DNA from: Planctomycetota bacterium
Lineage (GTDB): Bacteria; Planctomycetota; UBA1135; UBA2386
Direction: 5' to 3'
Assembly (NCBI GenBank): GCA_965223545.1
Contig: OZ245006.1
Location: 7,328,001 to 7,392,000 of the forward strand
Length of the DNA stretch: 64,000 bases
Positions 37,457-47,822 of the stretch are shown here, in pieces. Within the stretch, counting starts at the first letter, position 1. Every line of letters starts with the position of its first letter. Below the pieces are notes generated by a model. It was not told the origin of the DNA, did no database searches, and saw nothing but the letters and a program-made list of their open reading frames with translations. The position numbers were made by a program, and so were the translations under genes.

Positions 37457-40015
37457 ATGACGGAATCAGGGACGTGGCGCAAGAGCGTCATCGGCTTGGC
37501 GGCGACGCTTTTTGTCACCGTGGGTTGGGTTCTCGTGCGCCCGGAGGGCCCGGCTCCGGCCCGTGCACCAGCATCACCGGAAACGAACGATTCCGCGCCG
37601 GCTCGACCAGAGCGCCGTTCTGGTCCAGGCGCGAAGCGCTCGTGGCGGGGGCGTGCGCTGGAGGCTCGCCGCTGGCTGCGGGTCGTCGATGCGACCTCGG
37701 GTCGGCCGGTGCCTGGTGCCACCGTGCGCTTCGGAGTGCTGGGCGCGCTCGACGAGCTCGATCCAGACCGGTGGCGGGCGGCGCAAGAGCTGCGTCGGCG
37801 TGACGTCGAGGAGTTCTTGCGCGTTCACGGCGCATCCTCGACGGCCGACCCCGACGGGTGGCTCGTGTCTACTCGGGAGCCGGGGTGGCCGCGCACGGCC
37901 CGCCTGGGATCGCGCTACGGGGAAGCGGATCCCGACGGCTCCGGCGACATCGCGATCGCGCCGGACCGGTCGTTGCGCGTGCGCGTGCTCGATGTCGAGG
38001 GAGCTCCGGTCTCGGGGATCGACGTCGCGCTCGGTATCGATCGGTCTTCGGATGTTCCTCCCGGAGGGTTGAACGCGTCGGTGGCGGTGACAAACGAGGC
38101 GGGCGAGGCAAGCCTGCCCCACGTCGGGCTGCTCGCCGCGCGGGCGCGCGGACACGGCGTTGGCACTCTGTTGCTGGCGCCGGGGATCGCTGGCTCGGCC
38201 AGCGTGGGGCTCGGGCTGGTCATTCGCCCGCCGGCTTGGCCATCGGAGCCGGTCGTCCTGCGGCTGCCCGCCTGCCGCACGGTGATCGTGACGCTCCGCG
38301 GCCCGGATGGCACACGCTTCCCGATGTCCGGCCGCGGGGACGAGTTCGTCTCCCTGCGCGTCGAAACGACACCGCAGGGGTACGACACGGCCGACCTGGT
38401 CGGCGGAGTCGCGCGGTTTGCTCGAGTGCCCCTCGGCGTCGGGCTCACCCTGTCCGCACACGTCGCGGGGTTCGAGGCCGAGCGCCGGTTGCCGCCGTCG
38501 ACGGGCCGGGCCATGGCGGAGTACGTCGAGCTGCAGTTGCGATCTTCCGCCCCGGTCTACGCGGTCCGCGCGGTGGGGGCCGACCGTCAGCCCTTGGCGG
38601 ATCGGTTGCTCTCCGTCGCGGTGCCGGGGTTCGTGGCGAGTCTCCGGCGGAGGACCGACGCCGCGGGGAGGCTGCTTGTTCCCCTGCCGCGTGACGAGGA
38701 CAATGACTTCGAGGACGCAGTGCTGCGACTGACGACGCTGGCGTTGCGGCACGACACCAATGGCCGGGAACTCGCGCCGGAGCTCGGTACCGAGCGGGCG
38801 GCGGTGCGATTGCCCCCGGCAGCGCATGGCTCGGTCACGGAACTCGGCGACGTTGCCCTCCTACCGCTTCCGCTGCTCGCCTCCGGCGTGATCCACGCCG
38901 CGCCATCCGCGCTGGCGGACGACTGGTCGCGCCACGCGATCGCGACGGGGATCGCGGTCGATGAGCTCCGCCTCACCGAGCAGGGCCGTTCATGGCATCG
39001 GCGGGAAGACGTGGTCGTGCGCGTCGCGCCAACCGGCGCGTTCGCGGTGCACGGAAGCCGAGGCCGCGCCGCACTCCGGCTGAGAGACGTTCGCCGGCGA
39101 GTCGCTCCGTTCGCTCCGGTACCGTTTGTTCCCGGCGCCGCCGGACTCGAGTTGCAGCTCCCGACGCCCGGCAGCCTCGAGATCGACGTGGTCCCCGCCG
39201 CGCGCGACGAACTCGCGCTCCAGCTCGAGCCGCTCGATCGTTGTTGGCCGGAGCACGATTCCCGCGACCTGCGTCGAGTGCGCCCATCGTCCCGCGTCCG
39301 GCGTCCCGAGCGGCCACACCGCGACGTGCACGTGCTGCCGTGGCTGTGGCCTGGGTCGTATCGAGTCAGCGCCCATCTGCGCGGGCTCGCCGCGCCCTTG
39401 ACGATTCTGGACCGCGTCGAGATCCGCGCCGGAGAGCGCACCCGCCCGTGGCTTTCGTCGCCGTTGGATCCGGCCGCGGTCGCGCGGCGGGTGGACGTGC
39501 AGCTCGCCGACGCGAGTCGCCGTTCCTCGTCCCGGGCAACCCTCCGGTTGTGGGTGCGGGATCCGACACCCCGCGCGATCTCGTTGGCGGCAGGGAATCG
39601 GCAATGCTGGCTGCCCTTCACCGTCGATGAGGGCGTGCTCGACGTCCGCGGCCGCTGCCTCACGATCTGGCGGCCCGAGGCCCAACCCGTCGCCGTGCCT
39701 TCGCTGTTCGAGGTCGAACTGCGTCTTCCCGCGGACGTGACCAGCGCGCGGCTCGAGGTTGTTCGCGACCATCCGTTGTATTCGTGGCGGGATGTTCCGC
39801 AGCTCCGCACAGCGTTACGGCTCGACGTGGTGCGCGGCACCCAGAGAGTCCGATGCCGCGCACCAGGCCCTTGGGTGTTGACTTTGGCCCGCGGTGGCGG
39901 GCAACCGACATCCGTCGACGTCGTTCTGGCGCCCGCACACGCCGGGCGAGTTCTTGATCTGACGAGTACCGCTCCGACGCTTCGAGTATCATCGGGGCAG
40001 GTAGGAAGATCATGA
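37457..40015 (+). CDS. Membrane-anchored carboxypeptidase-regulatory-like domain protein (no sigma domain)
   Basis: N-terminal TM helix; LRVVDATSGRPVPGA, VRVLDVEGAPVSG, TDAAGR. Confidence 0.8.
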   Translation: MTESGTWRKSVIGLAATLFVTVGWVLVRPEGPAPARAPASPETNDSAPARPERRSGPGAKRSWRGRALEARRWLRVVDATSGRPVPGATVRFGVLGALDELDPDRWRAAQELRRRDVEEFLRVHGASSTADPDGWLVSTREPGWPRTARLGSRYGEADPDGSGDIAIAPDRSLRVRVLDVEGAPVSGIDVALGIDRSSDVPPGGLNASVAVTNEAGEASLPHVGLLAARARGHGVGTLLLAPGIAGSASVGLGLVIRPPAWPSEPVVLRLPACRTVIVTLRGPDGTRFPMSGRGDEFVSLRVETTPQGYDTADLVGGVARFARVPLGVGLTLSAHVAGFEAERRLPPSTGRAMAEYVELQLRSSAPVYAVRAVGADRQPLADRLLSVAVPGFVASLRRRTDAAGRLLVPLPRDEDNDFEDAVLRLTTLALRHDTNGRELAPELGTERAAVRLPPAAHGSVTELGDVALLPLPLLASGVIHAAPSALADDWSRHAIATGIAVDELRLTEQGRSWHRREDVVVRVAPTGAFAVHGSRGRAALRLRDVRRRVAPFAPVPFVPGAAGLELQLPTPGSLEIDVVPAARDELALQLEPLDRCWPEHDSRDLRRVRPSSRVRRPERPHRDVHVLPWLWPGSYRVSAHLRGLAAPLTILDRVEIRAGERTRPWLSSPLDPAAVARRVDVQLADASRRSSSRATLRLWVRDPTPRAISLAAGNRQCWLPFTVDEGVLDVRGRCLTIWRPEAQPVAVPSLFEVELRLPADVTSARLEVVRDHPLYSWRDVPQLRTALRLDVVRGTQRVRCRAPGPWVLTLARGGGQPTSVDVVLAPAHAGRVLDLTSTAPTLRVSSGQVGRS

Positions 40016-42576
40016 ATCCGAGTCGAAACTGGAGTGCGAGCAGCCTCGGCGGCCTCGCGGTTCTCTTGGTTCTCGTGCATGCCCGCGCGCAAGATCCGTT
40101 CGCGCAGCTCAGCACCCGGCCCTTGCCCTTTGGCCAGCCTGGCATCGGAGCGACGGGAGACATCGACGGCGACGGCGACCTCGATTTGCTCCTCCCTCTG
40201 CCGCGCGGTCAGGACCGGCTGTTGCTCAACGACGGCGACGGTGTCTTCACCGAAGTCACCGCCACGCACATGCCGCCCGACACGCGTGGGACGCGTTCGG
40301 CGACCTTCGTCGACGTCGATGGCGACGGCGACCTCGATCTGGCGCTGGCCGGCGATACCACGGGGTTGTTCGGCGAACAGAACCGGCTGCTGCTCAACGA
40401 CGGTGCGGGCAGCTTCACCGACGTCACCTCAGCCCAGCTGCCCGCCGACAGCGATGCGACGCCACAAATCGTCGCGTTCGACGTCGACGCCGACGGCGAC
40501 CCGGACTTGCTGTGCTGCAGCAGCGAGACCGGCATCAGTACCCCCGGCCAGAACCGGCTGTACCTCAACGACGGCGCCGGGTCGTTCACCGACGCGACCG
40601 CGACCCACTTACCCGCGGAGCCCAGCGACTGCCGTCACGCGAAGGTTGGCGACCTCGACGGTGACGGCGACCTCGATTTCGTCACCGCGACGGGGGAGTA
40701 CAACGAGCCCTTGCGCGTCCACATCAACGACGGCACGGGTCGATTCGTCGTATCTCGTGCGGGCGCACTGCCAGCGCTCACGTCTCTCGGTGCTCGCTCG
40801 TTGTTCCTGGCCGATATCGAGAGCGACGGTGACCTCGACATTCTGACGCGCGCGGGTCGGTTGACGGTGCTGGTCAATGACGGAACGGCGCGGTTTCGGG
40901 ACGAGACCGCGGCTCGGTTGCCCAGCGATGGGTCGCTCTACGTTCAGGGCGACTTCGACCGCGACGGGGACGTCGATTTCACCGCGTTCGCATACCCGTC
41001 GACCGGGGCTTTCTCGTTCCTCGAGAACGACGGTAACGGCTTCTTTCAGTTCACTGGCGCGCTTCCGACCGGCGGCGAAGTCGCGGCCGACTTCGATGGT
41101 GATGCCGATCTGGACCTACTCTGGGCGAGCTCCTTCGACATCCTCCTGAACGACGGGAGTGGCAGCTTCTTCGACCGCCGGCAGGCCGAGCGCCGGGGGC
41201 CGGATTTCGTCGGTTGGCCACGGCGGGCGGCCTTGGCGGACGTGGATGGCGATGGCGACCGTGATGCCTTCTTGACGAGTCAGACCCTCGACAGCGATCG
41301 GCTTCTGCTGAACGACGGCCGCGGCGTGTTCACCGACGCGCCGCAGCCCCTGCCGCAGAATGGTCGTTCGCACACTGTCGCGCTCGGTGATGTCGACGGG
41401 GATGGCGACGTCGATGCGGCGATTGCCGCCAATGGCGTGACCCGGCTCCTGCTGGGCGATGGTGCGGGTGGGTTTACGGAAGTCACCGCCACGCACATGC
41501 CGCCGTTGTCGACGAACACCCAGGATCTGGAGCTGGCCGACTTCGATGGGGACGGTGACCTCGACTTGGTGGAGGCCAACTGGTTCTCCTCCAGCGCGCT
41601 TCTGCTGAACGACGGCAGTGGTCGGTTCAGCCTGGGGGCCAACCTGTCGAGCACCTCCCGCCGCACACGAGCTGTGGCTTCGGTCGACATCGACGGAGAT
41701 GGCGACTTGGATTTGGTCTTCGGCAACGACTGGGATCCTGCGACCTTGTTTCGCAACGACGGTCCCGCGGGCTTCGTCGACGTAACCACAACCCAGCTCC
41801 CTGGGGCCGCGGCGAACGCGTTCGATCTCGTCGCCGCAGATGTGGATGGCGACGGTGATTCCGATCTCGTCTTCGTGGTGTTTGCCTACCAGGCGCAGAG
41901 CTCGACGCTGTTCGTCAACGACGGTGCCGGGACGTTTGTCGATGCTACGGCGGGGCGGTTGCCGGCGACGATGTCGGGTTGGCACGTGCACGCCCTGGAT
42001 TACGACGGCGACGGCGACCTCGACTTGGTGTCCGGCGGCTCCGATGGGCTGTCCGTACTCGAGAACGACGGCCAGGGCCGCTTCACAACAGCGCAGTCGC
42101 TGGCCGTGCTCACCTGGCAGAGTTTCGCGCCCGAGCTCCACCCGGTGGCCGCTGGCGACGTCGACGACGATGGCGATGCCGACCTGCTGCTCGCGATCAC
42201 GGACGGCCCCATCGACGTGGCGACCAACCTGCGCCGTCAGCTGCACTTCGCGCGGTTGGTTCGCCCGGGTCGCGTTGCCCAGCTCGACATCTACGCGGTT
42301 GGCCGGCCAGCGGTTTCGGCGATGGCGCTCCCGTTCCTGTCGGCCGGTGCCGGCCGACTGCCGCTCGCGGGCCTCGGCGTCCTCGGTCTCAACCCGATCC
42401 AGCTCTTGCCCCTGTCCGCGGCCCAGATTCCCGCGGCAAACCACGTGGGCTCGGCGGTGTTCGGTGTGCCAGCGACCTCGAGCTTGATCGGCGCGGAGGT
42501 GTTTGCCCAGGCCGTGCTGGTCGAGGGCAGTCGCATGTGGCTGACCAACACGCAAGGCCAGCGCGTGATCCAGTAG
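40012..42576 (+). CDS. FG-GAP/VCBS repeat protein with conserved C-terminal domain
   Basis: Signal peptide; many D-x-DGDGD-x-D and LNDG.G.F repeats. Confidence 0.93.
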   Translation: MNPSRNWSASSLGGLAVLLVLVHARAQDPFAQLSTRPLPFGQPGIGATGDIDGDGDLDLLLPLPRGQDRLLLNDGDGVFTEVTATHMPPDTRGTRSATFVDVDGDGDLDLALAGDTTGLFGEQNRLLLNDGAGSFTDVTSAQLPADSDATPQIVAFDVDADGDPDLLCCSSETGISTPGQNRLYLNDGAGSFTDATATHLPAEPSDCRHAKVGDLDGDGDLDFVTATGEYNEPLRVHINDGTGRFVVSRAGALPALTSLGARSLFLADIESDGDLDILTRAGRLTVLVNDGTARFRDETAARLPSDGSLYVQGDFDRDGDVDFTAFAYPSTGAFSFLENDGNGFFQFTGALPTGGEVAADFDGDADLDLLWASSFDILLNDGSGSFFDRRQAERRGPDFVGWPRRAALADVDGDGDRDAFLTSQTLDSDRLLLNDGRGVFTDAPQPLPQNGRSHTVALGDVDGDGDVDAAIAANGVTRLLLGDGAGGFTEVTATHMPPLSTNTQDLELADFDGDGDLDLVEANWFSSSALLLNDGSGRFSLGANLSSTSRRTRAVASVDIDGDGDLDLVFGNDWDPATLFRNDGPAGFVDVTTTQLPGAAANAFDLVAADVDGDGDSDLVFVVFAYQAQSSTLFVNDGAGTFVDATAGRLPATMSGWHVHALDYDGDGDLDLVSGGSDGLSVLENDGQGRFTTAQSLAVLTWQSFAPELHPVAAGDVDDDGDADLLLAITDGPIDVATNLRRQLHFARLVRPGRVAQLDIYAVGRPAVSAMALPFLSAGAGRLPLAGLGVLGLNPIQLLPLSAAQIPAANHVGSAVFGVPATSSLIGAEVFAQAVLVEGSRMWLTNTQGQRVIQ

Positions 42577-42647
42577 ACGCGCAGGTTGATCAAGCGAGCC
42601 GACCAGACCACAGCGCCGGCTGCGGGCTCACGGTGACGCCTGCTGGG

Positions 42648-43460
42648 TCACTTCCCGAATGCGTAGCACAGCTCGCGTCGAACTTCGCCGTCGTAGACCT
42701 CGGTGGAGATCGTCGTCGCCCTCAGGGACAGGCTGCGTTTGGAGTACGCTTCGCCGGCGCTCTCACTCAGCCCCGCGGCGAACGCGCGGAACGAGGTGCG
42801 CACGTCGGACCAATCCGTTGGAAAGGCAACCTGTAGGGCGGTGCCGGGCGCGCCCGCGAGAGTGACAAAGCCCTCGATCGGAAAGGGATACCCGTTCTCG
42901 CCCAGGAAGGCGGTACGTGCCGCGAGCGCTTGCTTGAAGGCTGCTTCCTCGCCGGGTCGAACGGTGTGTACCATCATGCCGGCCACTTTGAACTCGGCCG
43001 AGTTCATCGAGCTCACGGTGCTCCACGCGGTCTTTTGGCGATGGAGCGCGTGCCACTCGATGTGGTAGTCGAGAGTGGCCAACGCTTCAGGGACCTGAGA
43101 GCCGTCGTCATGGCGTGCGATCTCGTTGACGAATCCGACCAACGGGTCCGGAACTGCCGGGGCGGCGAAGCCACTCGGGGTCTCGCTGAACCACAGCAGC
43201 CAGTAGCGGGTCGGCGGCTCGAAATAGCACAGCCACTCGTGCTCCTCGGGGAGAGCGGCCGCGGTCGCGACCCGAACGCATTCGGCCATCATCGACTCGA
43301 ACGTCGTCGAGTGGGACGGCGCCACCTGGATACGGACGTGCCGCACGTGGACGCCCTCGGCGTCGTAAGCGTCGGATGCGGCGGGCGACAGAGCACACGC
43401 CGACGCGAACAACGCTCCAGTGAGAGAGGGGGCCGCCAGGCACGGGCGCGGAGCAGGCAT
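42648..43460 (-). CDS. Exported hypothetical protein (possible lipoprotein; two similar alpha+beta halves)
   Basis: LFASAC lipobox-like motif; IQVAPSHSTTFE and HTVRPGEEAAFK half-repeats; TACGAT 6 nt upstream of ATG. Confidence 0.6.
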   Translation of the reverse strand: MPAPRPCLAAPSLTGALFASACALSPAASDAYDAEGVHVRHVRIQVAPSHSTTFESMMAECVRVATAAALPEEHEWLCYFEPPTRYWLLWFSETPSGFAAPAVPDPLVGFVNEIARHDDGSQVPEALATLDYHIEWHALHRQKTAWSTVSSMNSAEFKVAGMMVHTVRPGEEAAFKQALAARTAFLGENGYPFPIEGFVTLAGAPGTALQVAFPTDWSDVRTSFRAFAAGLSESAGEAYSKRSLSLRATTISTEVYDGEVRRELCYAFGK

Positions 43461-43576
43461 CGCGCCATCGTATGCACCTGCGAGCTGGTTGCGGACCCGA
43501 TCGCGGACATCTCCTTTTGGCTTCTCCGCCTGAGCCGTGCTTGCAAGGAGAGAGCGTGCAAGCGAGCCTGAAGGGC

Positions 43577-45130
43577 ATGACATCGCAACCTCCGGACTCG
43601 GCACAGATGGCGCCGAGCGGGATCGTCGGCAAGTTTCTCGATCTGGTCGAGCGGGTGGGCAACAAGTTGCCGGATCCGGCGATGCTGTTCTTCCTGGCGT
43701 TGGTGCTGACCTGGATCGCTTCGTGGATGTTTGCGGGCGCATCGTTCGATACCGCGCAGGGCCCCCGGGAGGTGACCGACCAGCTGACCGGGGTGGCGCT
43801 GGTCGCGTTCTTGACCGGCATGGTCCACACGTTTATGGACTTCCACCCGGTGGGGGTTGTCCTGGTGGCGATGCTCGGGTTCGGCGTCGCCGAGAGAACC
43901 GGGTTCATCAACGCGGGGTTGAAGCTTCTGTTGGCGATCACGCCGGTCAAGTTGCTCACCCCCGCGTTGGCGATGGTCGCGATCGTCAGCCACACCGCGG
44001 TCGACGCGGGCTACGTGCTGGTGATCCCGATCGGCGGAGTGCTGTTCTACGCCGCCGGCCGGCACCCGATCGCCGGCATCTGTGCGGCGTTCGCGGGGGT
44101 GTCGGGCGGCTTCTCCGCGAACTTCATCCCGTCGGCGATCGACGCGATCTTGCAGGGCTTGACGCAGTCCGCGGCGCAGGTGATCGACGCCGAGTATGAA
44201 GTCGCGGTCCTGTGCAATTGGTACTTCGCCGCAGCATCGTCGCTGGTCATCGTGGCGATCATCTGGTTCTTGACCGACAAGATCGTCGAGCCGCGCCTCA
44301 ACGCGCGCTGTGCGATCGATGCGGATGCCAAGGTCGAGCCGATGGAGGCGCTGACTCCGGCCGAACGCAGGGGCTTCATCGCCGGCACCGCGGCGACGGT
44401 CTTCATGTTGGGGTTGTTGCTGTGGCTGTGCCTACCGGAAGACTCGCTGCTGCGGTCGCCGGACGGTGAGCTGGGGTCTTTCCAGGCACCGCTCATGCAG
44501 ATGATCGTCCCGTTGATCTTCCTGCTCGCGCTCGTGCCGGGCCTGGTCCACGGACTCGTGGCCGGCACGGCCAAGTCGAGCGCCGACGTGGTCGGCGGGA
44601 TGGTCGACGCGATGAAGGGCATGGGGCACTACATGGTGATCATGTTCTTCGCCGCCCAGTTCGTGTACGTGTTCAACGCCTCGAACTTGGGCGCGTGGCT
44701 GGCGATCTCCGGAGCCGACACCCTGAAGGGCTTCGGTCTGCCGGCGCCGGTGACGATCGTCGGTGCCATCTTCTTGACGGCATCGGTCAATTTGCTGCTG
44801 GGTTCGGCCTCCGCGAAGTGGGGCATGCTGTCGGTGATCCTGGTGCCGCTGCTGATGCAGCTCGGCATCTCGCCGGCGCTGACGCAGGCCGCCTACCGGG
44901 TGGGGGACTCGACCACGAACATCATCACGCCGTTGATGCCGTACTTCCCGTTGGTCGTGGTGTACTGCCAGCGCTACGTGAAGAGCACGGGCCTGGGCAC
45001 GCTGCTGTCGCTGATGCTGCCGTTCTCGTTGACCTTGCTGATCGGCTGGACCCTGTTCTTGATCCTCTACTGGCAGCTCGGAATCCCGCTCGGCATCGAG
45101 GGCGGCTACGTCTACCCGCGCGCGGGTTGA
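43577..45130 (+). CDS. abgT: AbgT family transporter
   Basis: LDLVERVGNKLPDP, GRHPIAG, GVSGGFSAN, GSASAKW, AAYRVGDSTTNIITPLMPYFPL. Confidence 0.95.
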   Translation: MTSQPPDSAQMAPSGIVGKFLDLVERVGNKLPDPAMLFFLALVLTWIASWMFAGASFDTAQGPREVTDQLTGVALVAFLTGMVHTFMDFHPVGVVLVAMLGFGVAERTGFINAGLKLLLAITPVKLLTPALAMVAIVSHTAVDAGYVLVIPIGGVLFYAAGRHPIAGICAAFAGVSGGFSANFIPSAIDAILQGLTQSAAQVIDAEYEVAVLCNWYFAAASSLVIVAIIWFLTDKIVEPRLNARCAIDADAKVEPMEALTPAERRGFIAGTAATVFMLGLLLWLCLPEDSLLRSPDGELGSFQAPLMQMIVPLIFLLALVPGLVHGLVAGTAKSSADVVGGMVDAMKGMGHYMVIMFFAAQFVYVFNASNLGAWLAISGADTLKGFGLPAPVTIVGAIFLTASVNLLLGSASAKWGMLSVILVPLLMQLGISPALTQAAYRVGDSTTNIITPLMPYFPLVVVYCQRYVKSTGLGTLLSLMLPFSLTLLIGWTLFLILYWQLGIPLGIEGGYVYPRAG

Positions 45131-45164
45131 TGGCGTCACCGCGGTTTCGTGATGCACGCCGTGC

Positions 45165-47822
45165 TTACCGGATCGCGACGTCTACCGTGGTGTTGGTGAG
45201 TCGTGGCTGGTAGGGATACGGCAGGATGAGCGCCTGCGCGTGCCCCGACAGGCCTGCGAGGGCCGGCCCGCGGGGCACCTGGAGGTCCAGCCTCGCCACT
45301 CCCGCGGCTTTGGGAATCACGACGGGAGGCAGCTGCACCATCTGCGTGGGAGCGAGGCCGAACACACCGAACGGCGGCACCGAGAACGAGGCGGTGGCCG
45401 CGGCGAAGAAAGGGACGGCAGCGTCGATCAGGCTGGGTGCGCCCCTGCGGGCATAGATGTCGAGCTGAAACGCCTGGCCGGGGCGGAGCAGGTGGGGAGT
45501 GTCGATCTGGCGGAGCAGGTTTGTGTAGAGGCGGTTGGGCGCGTCGAGATTGCCGACCACGATGTCCACGTCGCCATCGCCGTCGAAGTCGCCGAGTGCG
45601 ACGGCGTTCGTGGCATCGCGGTCGTCCGGAATGAGGGCGCCGGTCGGGTCTCGGAAGGTGCCGGTCCCATCGTTCAGCGAGATGAAGGTCTGCGCCCAGG
45701 TCGCCCGGACCAGGTCGAAGTCGCCATCGCCGTCCACATCGCCGAGCGCCACGCTCGTCGTGGCGAAGTTGGTTTGTGGGAGTGCGGTGGGACTCGCCGC
45801 CGAAAACGTGCCCGCGCCGTCGTTGAGGTAGAGGTGATCGCTGGCTGCGGCGCCGAGCGCGATGTCGAGGTCGCCGTCACCGTCGACATCTCCGAGCGCG
45901 CCGGCGTGGGTGACGAAGGCGCTGGCTGGCATCTGGGCTGCAGTCGCATCCGAGAACGTACCAGCACCGTTGTTCAGGTAGAGCCGCACGGGGCCCGGGG
46001 CAACACCGTCGGAGCCCAGAATCATGTCGAGATCGCCGTCCCGGTCCACGTCTCCCAGCACGACGAACGAGGTCTCCTCCTGGTCGACCGGCATGCGCCC
46101 CACGCTCACGTCCGCGAAGAAACCGGTTCCGCTGTTGGCGAGGAGCTGGTCTTGCTGGAAAGAGTTGCCGACGACGAGGTCGAGGTCGCCGTCACGATCG
46201 ACGTCCCCGAGAGCGACGGATCGGGTGTTGCTGCAAGTGTTGGGGAGCGCTGCCCTCCCCGCGGCCGAGAAAGCGCCGGTGCCATCATTCAACAGCAAGC
46301 CGTTTTGGCCGGTTCCGAAGCCGTAGAGGCACGACACTGCGCTGTGCCCGATCACCAGGTCGAGGTCGCCGTCGCCGTCGATGTCTCCGAGGGTCAACGC
46401 GTGCGCGGTCACCGTCGACACCACACTGTCGGTGAACGTTCCGTTGCCGTCGTTGCGGCACAGCCGGTTGCCCGGCTGGCCCCCGGCCGAGTCGTTGCCA
46501 AACAGCAAATCCAGGTCTCCGTCGCCATCGACATCGCCGGCCGCCATCGACAACGTGACGTCGGACAGGCGCTCGATGCTGTGCGCGGTTGCATCGATGA
46601 GCCCGCCGGAGCCATCGTTGATGCACAGCTGGTTTGGCCCCGGGCCGTTGGCGGCGACGAGGTCGAGGTCTCCGTCGGCGTCGACGTCGGCGAAGACCGC
46701 TGCCCGCGAATGCGCGTCGTCGAACGGCAGACCGGCCGTGTCGGCGTAGTTCCCACTGCCGTCGTTGGCGAGCAGGCGGTTCTGGCCGCTGCCACCCCCC
46801 GTGGCCCTGCCGTTCGCCATGAACAAGTCGAGGTCGCGGTCGCCGTCGACGTCGGCGAGGACGACTGCGCCGGTGAACCCAGCGCGGCCGCGGGGCAGGC
46901 GCGCCGCGGTTGCATCGCTGAAAACGCCGAGCCCGGTGTTGAGCAGCAGCATGTTCTCGCCAAAGCTCCCGACGACGACGTCGAAGTCGCCGTCCTGGTC
47001 GGCGTCTCCGACCGTGATGGAGAAGACCCAAGGCCACCACTGCGTCAGGTCGGGCGCACGCCCAGCGGTGCCATCGACGAACGTGCGATTGCCGTTGTTG
47101 AAGTACAGCCGAATCGGTCGCATGCCTCCGCCGAGCACGAGGTCGAGGTCGCCGTCGGCGTCGATGTCGGCAGCCGCCAGCGCCGGCGTGTCGTCCGACT
47201 CCGTCGGCATCCAGGTTGCCGTCGCGTCCGAGAAGCGCCCGGTGCCGTCGTTGAGGTAGAGTCTGTCCTGCCCGCGGAAGTCGTTGCCCAGCGCGATGTC
47301 TAGGTCGCCGTCTGCGTCGAAGTCCGCAGCCGTGAGGGCACGCGTCGGGTCTCGATCTGGCGGAAACTGCAGTAGGGTGGCGTCGGCGAATGCACCCGTG
47401 CCGTCATTGAGGAGCAGTCGATTCTGGCCGAAGTTGGCGAGGACGAGATCCAGGTCACCATCGGCGTCGACGTCGCACAACGCCGCCGCCGTCGTGTCGT
47501 CCGGGTGGCTGGGCAATCGGCCAGCGCTCGCGTCGGAGAACACCCCTGCGCCGTCGTTGAGGTAGAGCCGATTGGGGCTACCGACGTTCGTGACCACCAG
47601 ATCGACGTCGCCGTCGCCATCGATGTCGCCCCGCGCGACGCCGCGCGAGTTGTCGTCGTCCCGCGGCAGTCCACGTCCGGCGAGCTCGGCGAACTGGTGC
47701 TGGGCGGCAGCAGTTGCGGTGACGACGAGGGCGATGGTTGCCGCCCGGACAGCACCCACACCGATCTCTGCGCGGCCGTGGCCGCAACCAGAGATCCCGA
47801 TTGGGTTGGTCGGCGTGATCAA
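45165..47822 (-). CDS. FG-GAP/VCBS repeat protein (tandem paralog A)
   Basis: DxDGDGDLD repeats; signal ending AAA-QHQF; start uncertain. Confidence 0.93.
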   Translation of the reverse strand: MITPTNPIGISGCGHGRAEIGVGAVRAATIALVVTATAAAQHQFAELAGRGLPRDDDNSRGVARGDIDGDGDVDLVVTNVGSPNRLYLNDGAGVFSDASAGRLPSHPDDTTAAALCDVDADGDLDLVLANFGQNRLLLNDGTGAFADATLLQFPPDRDPTRALTAADFDADGDLDIALGNDFRGQDRLYLNDGTGRFSDATATWMPTESDDTPALAAADIDADGDLDLVLGGGMRPIRLYFNNGNRTFVDGTAGRAPDLTQWWPWVFSITVGDADQDGDFDVVVGSFGENMLLLNTGLGVFSDATAARLPRGRAGFTGAVVLADVDGDRDLDLFMANGRATGGGSGQNRLLANDGSGNYADTAGLPFDDAHSRAAVFADVDADGDLDLVAANGPGPNQLCINDGSGGLIDATAHSIERLSDVTLSMAAGDVDGDGDLDLLFGNDSAGGQPGNRLCRNDGNGTFTDSVVSTVTAHALTLGDIDGDGDLDLVIGHSAVSCLYGFGTGQNGLLLNDGTGAFSAAGRAALPNTCSNTRSVALGDVDRDGDLDLVVGNSFQQDQLLANSGTGFFADVSVGRMPVDQEETSFVVLGDVDRDGDLDMILGSDGVAPGPVRLYLNNGAGTFSDATAAQMPASAFVTHAGALGDVDGDGDLDIALGAAASDHLYLNDGAGTFSAASPTALPQTNFATTSVALGDVDGDGDFDLVRATWAQTFISLNDGTGTFRDPTGALIPDDRDATNAVALGDFDGDGDVDIVVGNLDAPNRLYTNLLRQIDTPHLLRPGQAFQLDIYARRGAPSLIDAAVPFFAAATASFSVPPFGVFGLAPTQMVQLPPVVIPKAAGVARLDLQVPRGPALAGLSGHAQALILPYPYQPRLTNTTVDVAIR

